Shown one piece after another: positions 33,577 to 42,721 of a stretch of DNA of 64,000 nucleotides (position 1 is the stretch's first letter; each line of letters begins with the position of its first letter). Under the pieces are notes generated by a model that did not search any database, was not told the DNA's origin, and saw only the letters and a program-made list of their open reading frames with translations. The translations under genes were made by a program, and so were the position numbers. Source of the stretch: Parcubacteria group bacterium (GTDB lineage Bacteria; Patescibacteriota; Minisyncoccia; Moranbacterales; UBA2206); assembly GCA_041645535.1 (NCBI GenBank), contig JBAZPT010000002.1, positions 170,853 through 234,852 of the forward strand, read 5' to 3'.

Positions 33577-34525
33577 ACTCTTTGCCGATTGGTTTACATA
33601 TTCGATTCTGAAGATCGCTTCCCAAGCGCACTTGGGAGAAGCGGTTGATTTTTTTGTTTATGACACGATAAAAATTTTCTTGCTTTTGGCAGTTATTATT
33701 TTTATTGTTTCCATTATCCGTTCATTTCTTCCGCTGGAAAAAATAAAAACCATACTTTCCAGTGAAAAAAAATATTTTGGAAATATTCTAGCTGCGCTTT
33801 TGGGAATAATCACGCCCTTTTGCACCTGTTCCGCTATTCCATTATTCCTTGGTTTTTTAGAAGCAGGCGTGCCACTCGGAACAACCTTTTCATTTTTGGT
33901 GGCTTCGCCGATGATCAATGAAGTGGCTTTAGTTTTGCTTTTGGGAATGTTTGGCTGGAAAATAGCGCTGATCTATATTGTAAGCGGTCTTATCATCGCC
34001 ATTTTTTCGGGCATAATCATCGGGCATCTGAAAGTGGAAAATCTGCTGGAAGAATTTGCCAGTTCAGGCGGCCAAAATAAACAAATGGGGCTGCCATCGT
34101 TCAATTTCCGGCAAAGGATCCAATACGCAAAAAATTATACCCAAAATATCATAAAAAAAGTTTGGCTATATATTGTCATAGGAATTGGCATCGGAGCTTG
34201 GATGCACGGCTATGTGCCTGCTAATTTTTTAGCTCAATACGCTTCATCTGACAAGTGGTATGCGGTTCCCCTGGCAGTTTTGATCGGCATTCCGCTCTAT
34301 TCCAACGCGGCTGGCATAATTCCGCTAGTCGGCGTCCTTACTGAAAAAGGTGTAGCGATGGGAACGAGCCTGGCTTTTATGATGGCCGTGACCGGACTGT
34401 CGCTGCCGGAGTTTATGATTCTTAAAAAAGTAATGAAAGTAAAACTGATTTTGATTTTTGCCGGCATCGTCGGGCTGGGGATTATTTTTACGGGATATTT
34501 GTTTAACTTTGTTTTGGGAAAATAG
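33569..34525 (+). CDS. permease, UPF0718/ArsP-like family
   Basis: PFCTCSAIPLFLGFLEAGVPLGTTFSFLVASPMINE motif. ATG 33569 overlaps the previous stop (ATGATTAA). Confidence 0.65.
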   Translation: MIKLFADWFTYSILKIASQAHLGEAVDFFVYDTIKIFLLLAVIIFIVSIIRSFLPLEKIKTILSSEKKYFGNILAALLGIITPFCTCSAIPLFLGFLEAGVPLGTTFSFLVASPMINEVALVLLLGMFGWKIALIYIVSGLIIAIFSGIIIGHLKVENLLEEFASSGGQNKQMGLPSFNFRQRIQYAKNYTQNIIKKVWLYIVIGIGIGAWMHGYVPANFLAQYASSDKWYAVPLAVLIGIPLYSNAAGIIPLVGVLTEKGVAMGTSLAFMMAVTGLSLPEFMILKKVMKVKLILIFAGIVGLGIIFTGYLFNFVLGK

Positions 34526-34903
34526 CGGGAAAATACGCTTTTATTAGATAATTTTTTAGTTTATTATTCCAGCTATCGCTATATAATTAAACTAAAGTAG
34601 GCTTTTTTAAGCCTCTTTTTTAGTATAAAGATGAAAGAAAAAGGGCTCTAAATTGTATTAGTATATGCAAACCACCTCTAGGGAGAAAGACAAAGAATTA
34701 AACAGTCGAATGCCGGTGATTTCCTGAAGAGAGAGGGGATTATCAGCGTAAGCGGTGGGTACTGGAGAGAGTATGTAGGAAGGATGATGTTGGCGGCGTA
34801 AGTTGTTGAGGTGGTTTTTTTGTAGCCTTCCGAGCTTTTATCTGGAAGGCCTGAAATTTTTGTGGTAGAATAAAGACAGACAAATTATCCAAAAAACAAA
34901 AAG

Positions 34904-36097
34904 GTGAAAAACTTATTTATAAAACCACAGCTGATAAAAATCGGCCAAGCTGCCGGACTTGCTGTTGTAGTCGTTGTTTTTGCAATCGCGGCGCTGGCGG
35001 CGGTTTTTTTATTTGCTAGCCATGCTAACGCTCAAGATTTCAGCCAGTATGGCATGCCTCGTGAAGTCTGCAAAGCATATCGCAGCGCGCAAGGGTATTC
35101 TATTGTAAGAGATACGACAAATGATTGTTTGGTGAGATCGGGCAGTAATGATAATGTCGGCTTCGCGTATGTCCATGCTTATAATACGGGTAATAATTTT
35201 TGTGTGGAAATGACCAGTTCCAAAATGGGACAAGTTATACCTCCACAATGCGCGCCAATCACGCAAGCAAACAGAGCGGCGCAGCAACAGGGGCAACAGC
35301 AAAATACTTCTAAAAAAATTGTCACGCCCCCTTCTTTTCAAATAAAAGAACTTCAGTATGACACTTTGCCCCACGGCAAACCGATTAAAACGGGAGATAA
35401 CGAGCGGATAGAACTTGAAATGCCCGACGGCTCGCTGATTCAAATTGACGCCAATGCCACATTTACCCCAGTTTCAGACCATGAAGTGCAAAGCGTTTTT
35501 GGCCGTTATCGCTATATGTGGCAACCATTTCATGACGGGAAATGCATCGTTGGCCAAAATTTAGTCAGGCAAGAATGCCGTAAAGTCAAAACCTCGGATG
35601 CAATTTTGGGAGATAAGGGAACAGAATTTTTAGTCGATTCTGACAAAAAAGGGACGACAGTTACAGTTTTAGATGGAATAGTTATCGCAACTGATTTGGG
35701 TGGAAAAAAAACAGTTGAGGTAGCGGCCGGGCAGTCAACTTTTATAAAAAAAGGAGGCCTGCCGGAAGATCCGAAGTCTTATGATCCGGACAAAATTGAT
35801 CATTGGTGGGAGAAAAAAACCTCCAAACAGAGCTCGCAAGATTTCCTCGGAGTAATGTTCGTGGCCACTATTTTTGTTGTCAGTTTTCTTATTCTGGTCG
35901 CGATTATTAAAAAAATATTTCAGAAGAAAAAACCGGTTCCCGCAATCGCGCCAGCAGTGGAAGAAAAAATTCAAACAGTGCCTGTTGTCGAAAACAGCTC
36001 CGACAAAGAAAAAAAGAAGAACTATTGTCTAGGCTGTCTGATAGCAATAATAATTATTTTATTTTCAAGCCTGATATTCATCTTCTCTTCCAGGTAG
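34904..36097 (+). CDS. FecR-domain protein with C-terminal TM segments
   Basis: 397 aa, GTG start. IELEMPDGSLIQIDANATF...GTEFLVDSDKKGTTVTVLDG resembles a FecR domain. Confidence 0.55.
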   Translation: MKNLFIKPQLIKIGQAAGLAVVVVVFAIAALAAVFLFASHANAQDFSQYGMPREVCKAYRSAQGYSIVRDTTNDCLVRSGSNDNVGFAYVHAYNTGNNFCVEMTSSKMGQVIPPQCAPITQANRAAQQQGQQQNTSKKIVTPPSFQIKELQYDTLPHGKPIKTGDNERIELEMPDGSLIQIDANATFTPVSDHEVQSVFGRYRYMWQPFHDGKCIVGQNLVRQECRKVKTSDAILGDKGTEFLVDSDKKGTTVTVLDGIVIATDLGGKKTVEVAAGQSTFIKKGGLPEDPKSYDPDKIDHWWEKKTSKQSSQDFLGVMFVATIFVVSFLILVAIIKKIFQKKKPVPAIAPAVEEKIQTVPVVENSSDKEKKKNYCLGCLIAIIIILFSSLIFIFSSR

Positions 36098-36181
36098 AGC
36101 GCCCAGCCTCAAGAGCAAAAAAGAAATAAATAATCCGGTATATTATTCTAATAATAATAATTAATTTGACGGACATTATGA

Positions 36182-36247
36182 ACCCCGTTAGAAATTCAAG
36201 TCGGATTTCATGATGGGATAAAAATAAATGGAAATTTCTAACGGGGT
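36182..36247. repeat. inverted-repeat element B1 (ACCCCGTTAGAAATT / AATTTCTAACGGGGT, 36-nt loop)
   Basis: 15-bp perfect arms. The right arm overlaps the first codons of the FKBP gene. Confidence 0.9.
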
Positions 36248-36767
36248 GAAAAAAGAATTTATTATTGGCGGCGCGGCTATTCTGGTAATCGCGGGCCTGG
36301 GTTTAATTAGCAGTAAAAAAGAAGCTCCAACTTCTGAAATGAAAACCACGGAAGTAAAGCAGTCTGAACCGGCGACTAAGCCAGAAGTAAAAATAGAACC
36401 GCAACAAATTGCAAATAATTCTAATCCTAACAATACTATGGAACTAAAAATTGAAACAACCCAAAAAGGCAGCGGTGAGCGCGTAGTGAAAAACGGCGAC
36501 ACTATTTCCGTCCAGTATACCGGCAGGCTGGCCGATGGCACTAAATTTGATTCAAGCCTGGACCACGGTGGAGCGCCTTTCACTTTCACAGTCGGAGCGG
36601 GGCAGGTGATCAAGGGCTGGGATCAGGGATTTTTGGGCGCGCAAGCGGGAGAAAAAAGAACGCTGACTATCCCGCCGGCTCTAGGTTATGGCGCAAATGG
36701 CGCCGGCAATGTCATTCCGCCTAACGCCACGCTTGTTTTTGAAGTAGAGTTAGTTTCGATCAAATAA
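36228..36767 (+). CDS. FKBP-type peptidyl-prolyl cis-trans isomerase, anchored/secreted
   Basis: C-terminal FKBP domain ([21 protein letters not shown]...[10 protein letters not shown]...[10 protein letters not shown]). Alternative in-frame start GTG 36246 at the arm end. Confidence 0.85.
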   Translation: MEISNGVKKEFIIGGAAILVIAGLGLISSKKEAPTSEMKTTEVKQSEPATKPEVKIEPQQIANNSNPNNTMELKIETTQKGSGERVVKNGDTISVQYTGRLADGTKFDSSLDHGGAPFTFTVGAGQVIKGWDQGFLGAQAGEKRTLTIPPALGYGANGAGNVIPPNATLVFEVELVSIK

Positions 36768-36776
36768 TAGGGGGTA

Positions 36777-36805
36777 TTGACTTTTCTTGCCTGGCATGCT
36801 ATACT
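36777..36805 (+). promoter_or_regulatory. promoter of csp with about 85-nt leader
   Basis: TTGACT (36777-36782), 17 nt, TATACT (36800-36805). Confidence 0.6.
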
Positions 36806-36897
36806 TCAGAAAGTCACAAGGTTTTGCAAGTGGTAGTCTAGTCGAACTTTTCTTTGCATAATACCATTTGTGAGTTTAAATAATTCTCATCCAAAAA

Positions 36898-37101
36898 ATG
36901 GAAACAGGAACAATCAAGAGACTGACAGATCGTGGTTTCGGATTCATTGCTCGCGAGGGCTCTGATAAGGACCTTTTCTTTCATTCAAAGGAACTCCAAG
37001 GCGTGGAGTATGCCGATTTGAAGGAAGGCGACAAAGTTCAGTTTGAGGTTGGCGACAGCCCGAAAGGACCGAATGCCACCAATGTATCACGCATTCAATA
37101 A
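36898..37101 (+). CDS. cold-shock protein (CspA family)
   Basis: 67 aa with RNP motifs GFGFI and DLFFH. Confidence 0.9.
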   Translation: METGTIKRLTDRGFGFIAREGSDKDLFFHSKELQGVEYADLKEGDKVQFEVGDSPKGPNATNVSRIQ

Positions 37102-37118
37102 GCGTATATATAAGAAAA

Positions 37119-37146
37119 GCCCCGCGAAGAAATTTGCGGGGTTTTT
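37119..37146 (+). terminator. rho-independent terminator
   Basis: GCCCCGC-gaagaaattt-GCGGGGT followed by TTTTCTTTT. Confidence 0.7.
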
Positions 37147-37202
37147 CTTTTGGCCGTTTTTAGTGTAAAATGTAGACAGCATAAAAAGTAAGGCGAAGAT
37201 TT

Positions 37203-38174
37203 ATGGGAAATATTTTTTCAGGATTGGGCCAGAATTATCAAGCGGCGGCTATTTTAGCGCTTTTGATTTTAGCCGGCTATATTTTTTTCAAAAAAAAATC
37301 GCCATTTAACCGTTCAACTTCCATTCCGATTCTGGAAAGTTTTTCCAAGGATGTCACCCGGCTGGCGAAAGAGGGAAAGCTGGATCCGGTGATCGGCAGG
37401 GAGGAAGAAATCAAACATTTGATTATGGTTTTAAGCCGGCGGACAAAAAACAATGTGGTTCTGGTCGGAGAAGCGGGTGTGGGAAAAACCGCCATAGTCG
37501 AAGGGCTGGCGCAAAAAATAGCCGACAAAAAAGTTCCACCGGAGCTTTTTGCAAAAAGAGTGCTGCTCCTCGACCTCAATTCTCTTTTGGCCGGAACCAA
37601 ATATCGCGGTGAATTTGAAGATCGGGTGAAAAAAATAACTGAAGAAATTTCCCTTTCCAGCCGCAACATTATTCTTTTTATCGATGAAGTGCATAATTTG
37701 ATTGAGGCGGAAAGCTCCGGGGAGTCAATTTCAGTCGGGGATATTTTCAAGCCGGCCATGGCCAGGGGGGACTTGCAAATCGTGGGCGCGACTACTCGCC
37801 GGGAATACGATGAATATTTTGAAAAAGACGATGCTTTTAAGAGAAGAATGCAGCCGATCTTTGTCAGCGAGCCCAGCGCGGAAGAGGCGCTGGAGATTCT
37901 CAGGGGAATAAAAAAGAAATACGCGGATTTTCACAAAGTGGAAATCACGGACGAGGCGCTCGGGGCCTGCGTCATAGAGTCAAAGAAAGTGTTTCCGGGG
38001 AAATCATTGCCGGATCGGGCGATTGATCTGATGGATGAAGCGGCCAGCAAGGTAAGAATGGAAAATGCTAAAAACTCCTCCGAAAGTGAAATTCCGAAAG
38101 TGTTAGTCAAAGATGTTATGGAGGTGGAAGAGGAGTATAAGAACGAACAGCCCAGGGTTGCGCGCACGCAATAA
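37203..38174 (+). CDS. membrane-anchored single-domain Clp/Hsp100-type AAA+ ATPase (NBD1 only)
   Basis: 323 aa with an N-terminal TM helix, then LDPVIGREEEI, GEAGVGKTAIVEGLAQ, Walker B LFIDEVH, sensor TT..EY. No N-domain, M-domain or NBD2. Confidence 0.7.
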   Translation: MGNIFSGLGQNYQAAAILALLILAGYIFFKKKSPFNRSTSIPILESFSKDVTRLAKEGKLDPVIGREEEIKHLIMVLSRRTKNNVVLVGEAGVGKTAIVEGLAQKIADKKVPPELFAKRVLLLDLNSLLAGTKYRGEFEDRVKKITEEISLSSRNIILFIDEVHNLIEAESSGESISVGDIFKPAMARGDLQIVGATTRREYDEYFEKDDAFKRRMQPIFVSEPSAEEALEILRGIKKKYADFHKVEITDEALGACVIESKKVFPGKSLPDRAIDLMDEAASKVRMENAKNSSESEIPKVLVKDVMEVEEEYKNEQPRVARTQ

Positions 38175-38200
38175 TTTGCTTTCATATATCAATTAAAAAA

Positions 38201-39115
38201 ATGCAAAGAGAAACAAAAATTAAAATTGGAGTTGCCGCCGGACTCGTAATTTTAGCCGGGATTATCGTGGCTGGTTCGGCGTGGATGTCAAAAAAAAGCG
38301 CCCAACGGGCGGAAGAAAACATGCGGGAAGCGGAGAAAATGACTGAATCGCTTACGGCCAAGAGAAATGAGAAAGACAACTCGCGTATTTTGTTCGCGAC
38401 CAACGGCAGCCGGGATATTTATAAAATAAAAAAGGGCGGCCAGTGGGTAGTTGAGATTGACGGCAAGGAGGGCGAGGTCTATGACGCTGTTGCCTCTCCG
38501 GCTTTCAGTTTAGACGGAACGCAATTCGCTTATAGCGCGACGCTTAACGGCAAAACATTTCTGGTTATTAATGGCATCGCGCAGGAGACGCAATATAACA
38601 GCATTACGGAAATAGTTTTCAGCCCCGATGGCCAGCAGATTGCCTATATGGCCAATAAAAATGAAAAATATGTGGTGGTTCTGAACCAGAAAGAAGGCAA
38701 GGAATATGAGGAAATTGGGGAACTGGAAACCAAAACTGGCACAGCTTATATCATCTTTAGCTCGGACAGCCAAAGTTTTGCTTACAAGGTAATTCAAGAA
38801 GAGCAGCAGTTTATGGTAATAAATACCCAGGAAGGCAGAAGATACGACAGTATCAGCAACTTCTCGTTCAGTGACGATGGCCATGAATATGCTTATGAAG
38901 CTGAAGATGACGGCCGGGAAATTATTGTGGTAAATGGCAAAGAGGTTTCCAATACTCCGGCAGATACTCCCGATGATTCTGGTTCGCCTGATGATTCGCC
39001 AGGCTCTTCCGACACTGATTATTCAACGCATTTTAGAAACGGAAAAAAAGATTTGCATTTGGATCCGAACCGCCTGAATTTTCCGGTGTGCACCGGGACT
39101 TCTTGTAATTTTTAG
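38201..39115 (+). CDS. membrane-anchored repeat protein (four ~45-aa FS.DG...AY repeats, beta-propeller-like)
   Basis: Repeats FSLDGTQFAYSA, FSPDGQQIAYMA, FSSDSQSFAYKV, FSDDGHEYAYEA. Confidence 0.5.
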   Translation: MQRETKIKIGVAAGLVILAGIIVAGSAWMSKKSAQRAEENMREAEKMTESLTAKRNEKDNSRILFATNGSRDIYKIKKGGQWVVEIDGKEGEVYDAVASPAFSLDGTQFAYSATLNGKTFLVINGIAQETQYNSITEIVFSPDGQQIAYMANKNEKYVVVLNQKEGKEYEEIGELETKTGTAYIIFSSDSQSFAYKVIQEEQQFMVINTQEGRRYDSISNFSFSDDGHEYAYEAEDDGREIIVVNGKEVSNTPADTPDDSGSPDDSPGSSDTDYSTHFRNGKKDLHLDPNRLNFPVCTGTSCNF

Positions 39116-39133
39116 TTTCTTTCATTAACTATA

Positions 39134-39165
39134 AAAAGCAACCCCAAATATTTGGGGTTGCTTTT
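39134..39165. terminator. perfect 32-nt palindrome, bidirectional terminator
   Basis: AAAAGCAACCCCAAAT/ATTTGGGGTTGCTTTT. Confidence 0.65.
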
Positions 39166-39199
39166 ATTTTTCCAGAGTTTGCTATATGCTGAAAAGAGT

Positions 39200-39772
39200 A
39201 TGGATAAAATAACAGAAGAAAAAAATGATAAACAACTGATAGAAAAGTTTTTGGCGGGAGACGGGCAGTCTTTTGAATTTTTGCTGAAAAAATATCTCAA
39301 GCCGGTTTATAATTTTCTATACCGCCTGACCTCCGACACTGCGGCGCTCGATGATTTGACGCAAACAACTTTTATCAAAGCCTGGCAGAATATTAAAAAA
39401 TTCAATCTGGACAAAAATTTCAAAACCTGGATTTTCACCATTGCCAAAAATACGGCTTATGATTATTTCAAAAAGAAAAAAACCGTTCCCTTTGCCAATT
39501 TTATCGATGCGGAGGGCAACAATAAACTGGAAAATATTTCTGACGGCGATATTTTGCCGCTGGAACTTTTGGCCAAAGCCGACGCGGCTAAAACTTTGGA
39601 AACGGCGCTGGCTAAAATTAGCGATCAATACCACTTAATTTTAACGATGCATTATAAAAACGACTTAACACTCCGGGAAATTGCCGAAATTCTAAGCTTG
39701 CCTTACAACACCGTCAAAAGTCAGCATCAGCGGGGGCTGAAAGCCTTGCGTCAGATCCTTCAAGAAATGTAG
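39200..39772 (+). CDS. ECF-type RNA polymerase sigma factor
   Basis: The track start was trimmed to ATG 39200. Region 2 (FLYRLTSDTAALDDLTQTTFIKAW) and region 4 (LREIAEILSLPYNTVKSQHQRGLKAL) are present. Confidence 0.8.
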   Translation: MDKITEEKNDKQLIEKFLAGDGQSFEFLLKKYLKPVYNFLYRLTSDTAALDDLTQTTFIKAWQNIKKFNLDKNFKTWIFTIAKNTAYDYFKKKKTVPFANFIDAEGNNKLENISDGDILPLELLAKADAAKTLETALAKISDQYHLILTMHYKNDLTLREIAEILSLPYNTVKSQHQRGLKALRQILQEM

Positions 39773-39838
39773 GGGGCTCAAATAAAGCAAAAAACAGTAT
39801 TTTGCGCCTAAGCTTGGGGTTTGGGCGTATTAGTCAAT

Positions 39839-40246
39839 ATGAACGAGAAATTGAGCCAATTATTCAAAAATACCCAAGATTTAGAGCTTTCTGATGGTTT
39901 GGAGGCTTTTATTTTGTCCGAAATTGGGGCGATTAAGAGAAAAAGCGCTCAAAGAAAACTGGCGCTTTCTTATGCTGGAATTTTTGGTTCAGTAATTGCC
40001 GCAACTTATTTTGTTGTGAGCTTCGGAGGCGGAATAGTTGAATCGGAATTTTTCAGCCTTATTTCGCTGGCGTTTTCCGATCTGGGCATAGTGCTGGCTA
40101 ATTGGAAAGAGTTTGTTTATTCACTTCTGGAAACTTTTCCGGTCGTCTATGCCGCGGTTATTCTGGCGCCGATTTTCACTCTGCTTTTATCATTCAATGG
40201 ATATTTAAATAATCATAATCATAGTAGACACTACAGTGCTACATAG
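39839..40246 (+). CDS. putative anti-sigma factor / membrane protein
   Basis: Position immediately after the ECF sigma, with TM segments. No sequence family recognised. Confidence 0.35.
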   Translation: MNEKLSQLFKNTQDLELSDGLEAFILSEIGAIKRKSAQRKLALSYAGIFGSVIAATYFVVSFGGGIVESEFFSLISLAFSDLGIVLANWKEFVYSLLETFPVVYAAVILAPIFTLLLSFNGYLNNHNHSRHYSAT

Positions 40247-40259
40247 CATTGTAGTTTTT
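40230..40259 (+). terminator. rho-independent terminator overlapping the stop codon
   Basis: ACTACAGTGCTA-ca-TAGCATTGTAGT followed by TTTTG. Confidence 0.55.
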
Positions 40260-40271
40260 GTTAAAAAATTC

Positions 40272-40405
40272 ACCCTGTTAAATAAATTTTGCTTTAGCAA
40301 AACTAAGATTTGAGAAAAAACAGGGGCACTAAAAAATAAATTGTAACTATTAATAAAAATAAGTTGTTTCTATAAAATATAGACTCAAATCTTATTTAAC
40401 AGGGT
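40272..40405. repeat. inverted-repeat element C (ACCCTGTTAAATAA / TTATTTAACAGGGT, 106-nt loop)
   Basis: 14-bp perfect arms plus the inner pair AAGATTTGAG/CTCAAATCTT. The right arm ends 2 nt before ATG 40408. Confidence 0.85.
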
Positions 40406-40407
40406 AA

Positions 40408-40929
40408 ATGAATACTCCAGAAATAAAATCAAAAAATTGCACCTGTTTCCAGTCGGGAAAAGCGAAAGTTTTAATTGTTGCGGCAATAGCTTTGGGTATA
40501 ATTATTCTGATGCTCGGAAGTTTTGCCGGCGGTGTGGCGGTCGGAGCGCACAAAGCTAAATTTTCATCTGACTGGGGAAAAAATTACGAGCAGAATTTTA
40601 TGGGATCAAGACAAGGAGAAAAGAGTTTTTTTGGAAACGGCATGACGGGTATGATGCAGGATTTTTCCGGGCGCGATTTTCGCAACGCCCATGGCTTGGC
40701 CGGAACGATAATTTCCATCGCGGATAATAATGTTATCGTTAAAGATAAAGACGGGAAAGAAAACACGGTAATCGTGACTGAAAAAACCTTGATCAAATCA
40801 CGGCAGGCTGATCTAAAAGTCGGCGATCTCAAGGCTGATGACCAAATTGTCGCAATAGGCAGCCCGGATGAAGGCGGAGTGGTGAATGCAGTTCTGATCC
40901 GTGTTTTTAACAATCAAAATAATCAATAG
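40408..40929 (+). CDS. membrane-anchored DUF5666-like protein
   Basis: 173 aa with a TM helix, then GTIISIADNNVIVKDKDGKENTVIVTEKTLI...VGDLKADDQIVAIG. Confidence 0.45.
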   Translation: MNTPEIKSKNCTCFQSGKAKVLIVAAIALGIIILMLGSFAGGVAVGAHKAKFSSDWGKNYEQNFMGSRQGEKSFFGNGMTGMMQDFSGRDFRNAHGLAGTIISIADNNVIVKDKDGKENTVIVTEKTLIKSRQADLKVGDLKADDQIVAIGSPDEGGVVNAVLIRVFNNQNNQ

Positions 40930-40939
40930 AGCAATCTGA

Positions 40940-42025
40940 ATGAAACTATCTAAAATCAAGAAGTCTTATTTAATAATCACGGCGCTGGTTATAATTGGGG
41001 GAGGTTATTATTGGTATAGCCAGAGCAAAAATAGCGGCAGCCAAATCAGATATGTCACTGTCGCGGCTGAAAAAGGCACGCTTTCAGTTTCCGTGACCGG
41101 CAGCGGCCAGGCGGAGGCAGTGAATCAAGTGGAACTGAAACCAGTGGTGGCGGGTGACGCCATTGATGTGGTAAATGTATATGTAAAAAACGATCAGGAA
41201 GTGAAAAAAGGCGATCTGGTGGCGCTGCTTGATCCGGAAAACGCGCAAAACGCGGTGCGCAATGCCGAGCTGGATCTTGAGAGCGCGGAAAATAAATATA
41301 AGCAAGTCAAGGAAAATTACGAAGACGATGAAGCCGATAAGTATGACAAAAAATCGCAAGCAATTACGGTTGAACAAAAAAAGAATACTCTTGCTGACGC
41401 CAAAAAAAATCTAAGCGACTACTATATCCGCGCGCCTTTTGACGGAATAGTCACGAGCCTTAGTGTCAGCTCTGGCGATTCAGTTTCCCGTTCTGATATT
41501 TTAGCTTCAGTAATCACTAAAAATATTCAGGCGAAAGTTTCTTTGAATGAAGTGGATGCGGTGAGAGTTAAGATTGGGGACATGGCCGAACTTTCTTTTG
41601 ACGCTCTGCCGGATTTGAAAGTTTCCGGCAAGGTTATAAAAATAGATACCATTGGCACATTAAGCCAGGGCGTGGCGACATACAATGCGGAAATTTCCCT
41701 GGATTCGCAGCCCGAACTTTTAAAGCCAGGCATGAATGTTTCGGCTAGCATTATTACTGATGTCAAAGAGGGAGCGGTCATCGTTCCTGCAAGCGCGGTG
41801 AAAACGGAAAATAACAAAAGCTATGTGGAAATTCTAAAGAACGGAGCCGCGGAGCGGAAAACAGTTGAGATTGGATCTTCCAATGATACGCAGACGGAAA
41901 TTTTAAATGGTTTAAGCGCGGGCGATAAAGTTATTACGCAAACAATCAATTTGAATGCCGCGGCTAATCCAGCTTCAACCGGCGGCGGTCTTGGCGGCGG
42001 CGGAGCCTTCCGCGCATTGCACTAA
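40940..42025 (+). CDS. efflux transporter periplasmic adaptor (MacA/HlyD family)
   Basis: 361 aa with lipoyl, coiled-coil and beta-barrel layout (YIRAPFDGIVTSLSV). Confidence 0.75.
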   Translation: MKLSKIKKSYLIITALVIIGGGYYWYSQSKNSGSQIRYVTVAAEKGTLSVSVTGSGQAEAVNQVELKPVVAGDAIDVVNVYVKNDQEVKKGDLVALLDPENAQNAVRNAELDLESAENKYKQVKENYEDDEADKYDKKSQAITVEQKKNTLADAKKNLSDYYIRAPFDGIVTSLSVSSGDSVSRSDILASVITKNIQAKVSLNEVDAVRVKIGDMAELSFDALPDLKVSGKVIKIDTIGTLSQGVATYNAEISLDSQPELLKPGMNVSASIITDVKEGAVIVPASAVKTENNKSYVEILKNGAAERKTVEIGSSNDTQTEILNGLSAGDKVITQTINLNAAANPASTGGGLGGGGAFRALH

Positions 42026-42028
42026 ACT

Positions 42029-42721
42029 ATGATTGAATGCAAAAAGCTTTCGAAAACTTATATCAATGGCGACATAAAGACGCAGGCCGTCTGCGGCGTT
42101 TCGTTAAAAATTGGAAAAGGTGAATTCGTGGCAATCATCGGTCCATCGGGATCCGGCAAATCAACGCTTATGCATATTTTGGGCGCGCTGGATATTCCAA
42201 CTGCGGGGGAATATTTTTTAGACGGCAGGAAAGTTTCCGAAATGAGCGAGGACGAGCTTTCTGATCTGCGCCGGGATAAAATTGGATTTGTTTTCCAGTC
42301 CTTCAATCTTTTGCCGCGAACCGCGGTTATGCGCAATGTTATGCTGCCGCTTCTGTTCAGTGAAATTTCTCAAAAAGACCGGGAACTTAGAGCGCGCGAA
42401 GCTTTGAAATATGCCGGTCTGGAAGAAAGTAAATTTAATAATTTATCCAATCAGCTGTCCGGCGGACAGATGCAAAGAGTGGCGATTGCGCGCGCGCTGG
42501 TGAATAATCCATCCATAATTTTGGCGGATGAACCGACTGGAAATCTGGATACTAAGACCAGCAAAATTATCATGCAAACTTTTCAGGAATTGAACCGCAA
42601 CGGCCATACCATTGTTATCATTACGCATGAGATGGAAGTTGCTAATTTTGCTAAAAGAATTATTTCAGTGCGGGACGGATTAATCGAAAGCGATATTCAC
42701 CCCCACACCAATAGTGTATGA
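42029..42721 (+). CDS. ABC transporter ATP-binding protein (MacB/LolD type)
   Basis: Walker [10 protein letters not shown], signature LSGGQMQR, Walker B ILADEPTG. The last ~7 codons are contributed by IR element D1. Confidence 0.9.
   Translation: MIECKKLSKTYINGDIKTQAVCGVSLKIGKGEFVAIIGPSGSGKSTLMHILGALDIPTAGEYFLDGRKVSEMSEDELSDLRRDKIGFVFQSFNLLPRTAVMRNVMLPLLFSEISQKDRELRAREALKYAGLEESKFNNLSNQLSGGQMQRVAIARALVNNPSIILADEPTGNLDTKTSKIIMQTFQELNRNGHTIVIITHEMEVANFAKRIISVRDGLIESDIHPHTNSV

Noticed and set aside
34669-34822. The purine-rich segment considered as SRP RNA, 6S RNA, or a TPP, glycine or Mn riboswitch.
   Set aside because: By eye it lacks the SRP domain IV motif (GGAA tetraloop with AGCAGCC). 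It also lacks the TPP CUGAGA/ACCUGAU boxes and the glycine ACCGAAGGGGCAA box. Its purine bias leaves few internal pairings. It is reported only as an unexplained region.
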